From the NCBI GenBank assembly GCA_963837955.1, contig CAWIPH010000002.1, positions 4,960,001 to 5,024,000 of the forward strand: 64,000 nucleotides of DNA. The letters run 5' to 3'. Of the stretch, positions 58,477 to 64,000 are shown one piece after another. Both the position numbers and the translations under genes were made by a program. The notes beneath the pieces were generated by a model. The model ran no database searches. It was not told where the DNA came from and saw only the letters and a program-made list of their open reading frames with translations. Source of the stretch: an uncultured Verrucomicrobiae bacterium. Lineage in GTDB: Bacteria; Verrucomicrobiota; Verrucomicrobiia; Chthoniobacterales; JAFAMB01. Each line of letters starts with the position of its first letter. Positions within the stretch are counted from its first letter, which is position 1.

Positions 58477-58493
58477 GTTTCTTATCATGAAAC
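58477..58493. promoter_or_regulatory. Candidate XRE operator 3
   Basis: GTTTC-TTATCAT-GAAAC immediately upstream of the mgsA start. Confidence 0.68.
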
Positions 58494-58820
58494 CTGCATA
58501 TCTCAAGCAAAAGATTTCTCGCGGCTTTCTTACCTCTACCTAGGCCCATTGCAGGCTGATCGGCCCCGATCCCTTGATAGATCGGATCAGTAGATGTTTC
58601 TTTTTAAGCATCTTTTGTTTCGTTTTGATCATCCCGGCGAAACGAACCCGCCGTAGCCTGATCCTCCTGGCTCAGGACCTCAGGGTGCAGCGATTGTGAG
58701 AAGTGAATGGTGGATGCCTATCGGCAAATCTCGGCAGAATCTCCCGCCGCTCACTAATCACCAATCACCGACATGCTCCCTGAGGCTGAAGCATCAGGCT
58801 ACTTTGCTATCTGCTATCGG

Positions 58821-59528
58821 CTATCGGCTATCGGCTATTGATTCGGCGGCGACAGCCGCCGAATCACCAACGATCCGTCCGTTGGCTATCCGCAGATGTC
58901 GCTGCGAAATGGCCGCGACGTCCGGGCTATGGGTAGCCACCACAAGCGTAGCCATTCGGTTCTCCGCGATGGTCCGAAAAATTTCGAGGAGCCGAGCGGC
59001 GTTTTCGCTATCAAGATTGCCCGTCGGCTCATCCGCGAGCAAAAGTTGAGGCCTATGCACCATTGCGCGCGCGATCGCGGTGCGCTGCATTTCACCCCCG
59101 CTAAGTTGATGGACAAAGTGTTTCGCGCGTTGGGTCATACCGACCATATCAAGCATCTCCATGGCGCGACGCTCGCATTCCGTATTACGGATGTGCTGCA
59201 GCCTGAGTGGAAGGCACACATTCTCCAAGACATTCAGCGTCGGCAGAAGGTTAAAAAACTGAAATACGATCCCCAGCCGATTGCGGCGATAATTCGTCAG
59301 TTGCACTTCGGTGGCGGAGACTAACGACCAGCCATCGACTAGAATCTCCCCATGGTCGGGCTTGTCGAGACCGCCGAGAAGATGCAAAAGAGTGCTCTTC
59401 CCCGAGCCCGATTCGCCGGTAATCGCCAGAAATTCGCCAGCACCTATTTGCAGATCCACAGAATCGAGGGCTACAACCGGAGAATCCCCTTGCCGATAGG
59501 TTCGAGTTACGGCTCTCAATTCGATCAT
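58821..59528 (-). CDS. ABC transporter ATP-binding protein (LolD/MacB-type), no adjacent permease
   Basis: GESGSGKST, FQFFNLLP, LSGGEMQR, LADEPTGNLDS. Confidence 0.92.
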   Translation of the reverse strand: MIELRAVTRTYRQGDSPVVALDSVDLQIGAGEFLAITGESGSGKSTLLHLLGGLDKPDHGEILVDGWSLVSATEVQLTNYRRNRLGIVFQFFNLLPTLNVLENVCLPLRLQHIRNTECERRAMEMLDMVGMTQRAKHFVHQLSGGEMQRTAIARAMVHRPQLLLADEPTGNLDSENAARLLEIFRTIAENRMATLVVATHSPDVAAISQRHLRIANGRIVGDSAAVAAESIADSR

Positions 59529-59597
59529 AGTGCGAGTCTACGAATGACAGACAAATGACAAATCACAAAGAGTTGATCGGTTAGAACCGGCCGGGAA

Positions 59598-59745
59598 CGC
59601 CGGCTTGTCCAACGAAGCCTGCCGGAGTTTCAAACGACGGCGCGAAGTTGGAGAACGCCGGGAACGCCGGGAACGCCGGGAACGCCGACAACGCCGACAA
59701 CGCCAGACGCCAGACGTCGGTACGCCGACACGCCGATACGCCAAC
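59598..59745. repeat. REP-like unit plus CGCCGGGAA/CGCCGACAA short tandem repeats
   Basis: 59614-59659 is the inverted copy of 60579-60624 (44/46); 7-9-mer CGCC repeats follow. Confidence 0.8.
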
Positions 59746-59748
59746 CCC

Positions 59749-60502
59749 ATGCCGGACCCTATTTCTTCGCGAATCATTCATGAAGAGAGCGATTTTCTGA
59801 TTTTCGATAAGCCAGCTCATCTTCTGGTGCACCCGACGAAGCCGGGCGGTCCGCCGACGCTGTGGTCGGAGTTGCGCGAGCTCCTGGCGTTTGAAATAAG
59901 TAACGGCGGACAGGTCTCACTGATCAATCGGCTAGATCGGGAAACGAGCGGATTGGTCTTAGTCGCAAAGAATACAGGAACCGCCCGGGAACTTGCGCGT
60001 TTGGTCAACCACCATCGGGTGGAAAAATTCTATGCGGCGATTACCCGAGGATGGCCGGATACTGACCAATTTGAGGTCGATCAACCACTCCTCCGTCAAG
60101 GCGAGCAGACTCCGAGCAAAATCTGGTTGAAACAGGCTATCCATCCGGCCGGATACCCAGCCAAAACAATTTTTCAGGTCGAACAGCGATTCGAGAACCA
60201 GAGGGGACGTTTTGCGCTTATCAAATGCCAACCGATCACGGGACGAACCCATCAAATCCGCGTTCACTTGGCTTCGGTTGGCCTTCCCCTAGTCGGCGAC
60301 AAGATCTACGGGCCGGAGGAAAACTGTTATTTGGAGTTTATCGAGACCGGCTGGACGCGAAAGCTGCAAGAAAAACTTTTAATAGATCGGCATGCACTGC
60401 ACGCGACGACGTCTGCGTTTTCCTTTTCGCGGACGCGACCACCTCTACGAATCTCCTCTGCCGAGCGATCTGCGAGACTTTATCGAAAGCGGACTCGGCT
60501 AA
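59749..60502 (+). pseudogene. RluA-family pseudouridine synthase with a +1 frameshift near the 3' end (pseudogene or sequence error)
   Basis: DKPAHLLVHP, NRLDRETSG, TGRTHQIRVHL, LVGDKIYG, HALHA; the canonical tail RLRFPF...ESPLPSDL continues in another frame from 60410 to TAA 60502. Confidence 0.75.
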
Positions 60503-60578
60503 GCCTCGTCCGATAGCAGATAGCAGATAGCAGATAGCAAATATCTTGACCGCGTTCTCGGCGTACCTCTCACCATTT

Positions 60579-60697
60579 GGCGTTCTCCAACTTCGCTCCG
60601 TCGTCTGAAACTCCGGCAGGCTTCCGACTTCGCTGATCCTTGGAACGTCGCCGATGTAGCGGAAGAGCTTCGTCGGACAAGTCGGCGTTCTCGGCGA
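60579..60697. repeat. REP-like units, inverted relative to 59598-59659
   Basis: GGCGTTCTCCAACTTCGC...GGCAGGCTTC and GCTTCGTCGGACAAGTCGGCG. Confidence 0.78.
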
Positions 60698-60701
60698 TTA
60701 C

Positions 60702-61100
60702 CTACGGTCTCAAAAAGATCTCTTCAGAAACAGGATCGCGCACCTTAGCGCCAGGTGGGATTCCCGTGACGTCGACTAGGTTGTTCAACGCAAACGGACT
60801 AATCACAATGTCTGGGTTGGATGTCGGCTGTGCGTAGGGATAGACGTCGTCGGAAACCTCTCGACCCTTATAAACAAAATCGTAATTCGCGGCAAATCCT
60901 CCGTACGGGATATTGAAAGGAACCACGGCCCAATTCACGCCATTGAAATAATAATATCCAGCTTGCGCACAACGGGACCAGCGTATTCCGGTCGCAAAAT
61001 GCACCTGATGGTTTTGCGTCCGACCGGTATAGCGAGGTCCTGCCGGTGAAAAAGCTGGGAAAAGAGTGAGAGCGCTCACCAACACGAGAACAGTCCTCAT
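60702..61100 (-). CDS. Small secreted hypothetical protein
   Basis: Signal peptide from ATG 61100; C-terminal VISPF...VDVTGIPPGAKVRDP...IFLRP motif. Confidence 0.65.
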   Translation of the reverse strand: MRTVLVLVSALTLFPAFSPAGPRYTGRTQNHQVHFATGIRWSRCAQAGYYYFNGVNWAVVPFNIPYGGFAANYDFVYKGREVSDDVYPYAQPTSNPDIVISPFALNNLVDVTGIPPGAKVRDPVSEEIFLRP

Positions 61101-61108
61101 AGCGCTAC

Positions 61109-61449
61109 AATCTCGCGCAAAGACGCCAAGACGAAAGGTTCGGATCAGAGAAAAAAATCTCACGCAAAGACGCAAAGGCGCAAAGATTTGGACTGAAGGT
61201 AAGATTACATACCTCTGACTTACCGATCTCAGTCTCGGGCTTTTAATTAGTTTTGGTGAAGCAAGTCTCAAGGATGGCATTCACCGAGTCGTCAACAACC
61301 TTTAATCACCTTTGCGCCTTTGCGTCTTTGCGTGAGATCCCAATCTTAATCCGAAACCTTTGCGTCTTGGCGTCTTTGCGTGAGATTTTATCCTCTGGTC
61401 CGAAACCTTTGCGTGAGATCTCAGGCTTCGCGTCTTGGCGTGAGTTTCT
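61109..61449. mobile_element. Internally deleted GxxExxY element, copy 4
   Basis: Inverted arrays enclose ITYL*LTDLSLGLLISFGEASLKDGIHRVVNNL* (61204-61305, +); the right array is nearly identical to the reverse complement of 45153-45291. Confidence 0.82.
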
Positions 61450-61494
61450 TTGACTTGCGATTATACCCGACAGTGCTCCAATAGGCTTACTCTT

Positions 61495-62478
61495 GTGGCC
61501 GACTTCAACCCCCGTGACATCAATGTAAATTTCAAACCCCCGTCGGTCGGCTGGCTTGCCGCCATCTTCGTTGGCGTCCTGCTGATCGCGGCGCTGTGGA
61601 TGTCTTACTACACGGTAGGACCCGAATCGGAGGGAGTCGTTCGGCGTTTCGGGAAGTATTTCAAGACAGTTGATCCAGGGCTTCATTTCAAGCTGCCATT
61701 TGGCATCGACGCGGTGACCGTGCTACCGACCCGACGACAGTTGAAACTCGAGTTCGGCTTCTCCACCCAGGGCTACACTACGAATCCGATCCAGGCCGGC
61801 CAGGAACCGGATGAGGAAAAATCTATGGTCACTGGTGACCTGAATGCGGCACTGGTGGAGTGGGTCGTCCAATATCGTATCGAAGATCCGAGCCAGTATC
61901 TGTTCGAGGTGCGCAATCCCGGAGAAACCCTGCGCGATTTGTCCGAAGCTGCCATGCGTGAAGTGATCGGCGACCGCACAGTGGACGAACTGATCACCAT
62001 CGGGCGTCAAGACATTGAGATTGAGGCGCTCGCCCGGATGCAGGAATTGTCCAAGCGGTACCATCTCGGCATTCGGGTTGACCAGGTGCAGTTGAAAAAC
62101 GTGAACCCGCCCAGTCAGGTGCAAGCGTCGTTCAACGAGGTGAACAAAGCTCAACAGGACCGCGAAAACGCGATCAATATCGCCAACGGTGAATACAACA
62201 AGGTGGTGCCAAAAGCCAAAGGCGAAGCCGACCAGACAATCCGCGGAGCGGAGGGCTATCGCTTCAAGCGCGTCAATGAAGCCGAGGGCGACGTTGCGGC
62301 TTTTAGCGCCGTGCTTACACAATACGTCAAGGCACCCGAGATCACGCGTACCCGCCTTTACCTCGAGACGATGGGTGAAATCTTGCCCGAAACGGGGCAA
62401 AAAATCATCATTGACGAGTCGATGAAACAACTCCTTCCGATCTTGCCGCTCTCGATCAAACCAGGGGAGGGCCGGTAG
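61495..62478 (+). CDS. hflK: FtsH protease modulator HflK
   Basis: PGLHFKLPFGID, MVTGDLN, VQYRI, VNPPSQVQASFNEV, AEGD, TRTRLYLETM; GTG start inferred. Confidence 0.93.
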   Translation: MADFNPRDINVNFKPPSVGWLAAIFVGVLLIAALWMSYYTVGPESEGVVRRFGKYFKTVDPGLHFKLPFGIDAVTVLPTRRQLKLEFGFSTQGYTTNPIQAGQEPDEEKSMVTGDLNAALVEWVVQYRIEDPSQYLFEVRNPGETLRDLSEAAMREVIGDRTVDELITIGRQDIEIEALARMQELSKRYHLGIRVDQVQLKNVNPPSQVQASFNEVNKAQQDRENAINIANGEYNKVVPKAKGEADQTIRGAEGYRFKRVNEAEGDVAAFSAVLTQYVKAPEITRTRLYLETMGEILPETGQKIIIDESMKQLLPILPLSIKPGEGR

Positions 62479-62480
62479 CG

Positions 62481-63497
62481 ATGAAAAAGAGTTATTTCCT
62501 AGCAGTAGCGGTTATCATCGTTGCCTTTGTCGTGTTCCTTGGTCTCTCCGGTGCCTTCTATACCGTTGATCAAACCGAGCAGGTGATCATTACGCAGTTT
62601 GGACAACCGATCGGCGACCCTATCACCGAGCCGGGTCTGCATTTCAAGATCCCGTTCGTGCAAAACGTGAATAGCCTGGACAAGCGCTTCCTGGAATGGG
62701 ACGGCGCTCCGGTTGCCATTCCCACGAGGGACAAGACCTATATCCATGTCGACACGTTCGCGCGTTGGCGCATCGACGATCCCAAGACTTATTTCGTGCG
62801 TTTACACGATGAGCGCAGCGCTCAGTCGCGTCTCGAAGACATCCTGGGCAGCGAAACGCGGAACTCCATCGCCAAACACGACCTTATTGAAATCGTGCGA
62901 ACCGACAAGACCCGCCAGCCATTGCACGACGAGACCCTCAAAGGCGGCCCTGCCGGCACCATCGGGGTCCTTCCACCTATCGAGTTCGGACGGCAGAAGA
63001 TCGAAGATGAAATCAAGACCGCTGCCTCGCAAAAACTGTCCCAGTTCGGCATCACTGTGCTCGATTTCCGGATCAAGAGAGTAAACTACAATCCGGATGT
63101 CCTAGCCCGCATCTACCAGCGCATGATCAGCGAGCGCCTCCAGATCGCACAGCGCTTTCGTTCCGAGGGCGAAGGTGAATCTGCCCGCATAGCCGGCCAG
63201 CGCGAGCGCGACCTGAACGAAATCCAGTCTAATGCCTACCGCCAGGTGCAGCAGATCCGGGGCGAGTCCGACGCCAAGGCCACCGAAATTTACGCCCGTG
63301 CCTATACGCAAAATCCGCAGGCCGCCGAGTTCTACGCCTTCCTCAAGACTCTGGAGACCTATCACAAAATCTTCACCAAAGATTCCACCCTGGTGCTTTC
63401 CACGGACAGCGACATTTTCGCTCTACTAAAACGCGCTGCCACGAGTACAAAAGCCTCCCCGCTACCGCCCGAGACCCCCGCAAAACCTTCGCCCTGA
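62481..63497 (+). CDS. hflC: FtsH protease modulator HflC
   Basis: ITQFGQP, PGLHFKIPF, ARWRIDDP, RMISER, FRSEG, EFYAFLKTLETY. Confidence 0.94.
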   Translation: MKKSYFLAVAVIIVAFVVFLGLSGAFYTVDQTEQVIITQFGQPIGDPITEPGLHFKIPFVQNVNSLDKRFLEWDGAPVAIPTRDKTYIHVDTFARWRIDDPKTYFVRLHDERSAQSRLEDILGSETRNSIAKHDLIEIVRTDKTRQPLHDETLKGGPAGTIGVLPPIEFGRQKIEDEIKTAASQKLSQFGITVLDFRIKRVNYNPDVLARIYQRMISERLQIAQRFRSEGEGESARIAGQRERDLNEIQSNAYRQVQQIRGESDAKATEIYARAYTQNPQAAEFYAFLKTLETYHKIFTKDSTLVLSTDSDIFALLKRAATSTKASPLPPETPAKPSP

Positions 63498-63647
63498 ACG
63501 ACATGCGAGCAGCGGAACGCGTAGGGGGAGCGGGCGATCCTTCCCGGGCCGAGCGCAATCGAGGTGTCGGCGTTCCCGGCGTTGTCGGCGCTCCCGGCGC
63601 TTTTACCTCACCGCCAATCTGTCATTTATCACCTGTCATCTGCCATT

Positions 63648-63675
63648 TTTACTAGCGGCGTAAGCCGCTAGTAAA
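63648..63675. terminator. Bidirectional intrinsic terminator
   Basis: TTTACTAGCGGC-GTAA-GCCGCTAGTAAA perfect 12-bp stem between convergent genes. Confidence 0.8.
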
Positions 63676-64000
63676 TCTGTACGGTAATACCTTCCGTCAC
63701 CTGATTCACGACGCGCGCGGCATCCCAATTGGCCAATCGAATACAGCCGTGGCTACCGGACCGGCCAATCGTGTTCGGGCTGTTCGTTCCATGAATGCCG
63801 ATTCCGGGCTTGTTGAGGCCAATCCAAAGGATCCCTACCGGGTTTCTAGGTCCAGGTGGAATGTTGAAGTAATTGTCGCTGCGGTAACCGTGTTCGAGCA
63901 TCGCTTCATCCCAGCGGAACCATGGAAGAGTGGCGATGCCAACTACCTTCCAAACGCCGATGGGTGCCGGCAATCGAGTCGACCCCGGAGTGATCGGATA
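63668..64000 (-). CDS. L,D-transpeptidase (YkuD/ErfK family), 5' end outside the window
   Basis: PPGPRNPVG, IGIHGT, SHGCIRL. Confidence 0.92.
   Translation of the reverse strand, partial: YPITPGSTRLPAPIGVWKVVGIATLPWFRWDEAMLEHGYRSDNYFNIPPGPRNPVGILWIGLNKPGIGIHGTNSPNTIGRSGSHGCIRLANWDAARVVNQVTEGITVQIY

Noticed and set aside
59605..59748. Arg-rich RER/RQR N-terminal extension on RluA
   Set aside because: It is the translation of intergenic 9-mer repeats; the domain starts at ATG 59749.
61723..62430. 235-aa minus-strand ORF
   Set aside because: Antisense shadow of hflK.

Overview
A 64-kb, moderately GC-rich bacterial chromosomal segment. The lpxC-fabZ fusion next to lpxA, the style of several hypothetical proteins and the intergenic repeat families suggest a soil Verrucomicrobiota-like organism (inference). 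The left half (1-36 kb) is accessory metabolism: three sugar/polyol ABC systems with SorC- or LacI-type regulators and visible operators, SDR/AKR/Rieske oxidoreductases, a glycosyltransferase, a Tat-exported atypical HisC-like protein, a MocR/DMT/hydrolase unit and two gene remnants. The right half holds a translationally coupled RDD/Zn-finger/DUF4129/DUF4350/MoxR/DUF58/SpoIIM operon, lpxC-fabZ/lpxA, an N-methylglutamate (methylamine) cluster, a frameshifted RluA-family gene and hflKC. The most striking signal is an intact GxxExxY (PD-(D/E)XK-fold) gene enclosed by inverted arrays of CTCACGCAAAGACGC(C/A)AAG repeats. Three further repeat-bounded elements in the window retain only the decaying 3' end of that gene, which suggests an autonomous mobile element with MITE-like derivatives. 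Other highlights are a GTTTC-N7-GAAAC candidate operator repeated three times in the methylamine cluster, a monomeric SolA-like oxidase where MgdABCD would be expected, a duplicated ~125-bp leader, a 102-bp non-coding tandem repeat and nested REP-like elements. No rRNA, tRNA or CRISPR array was recognised. All assignments come from motif reading by eye; no database search was run.
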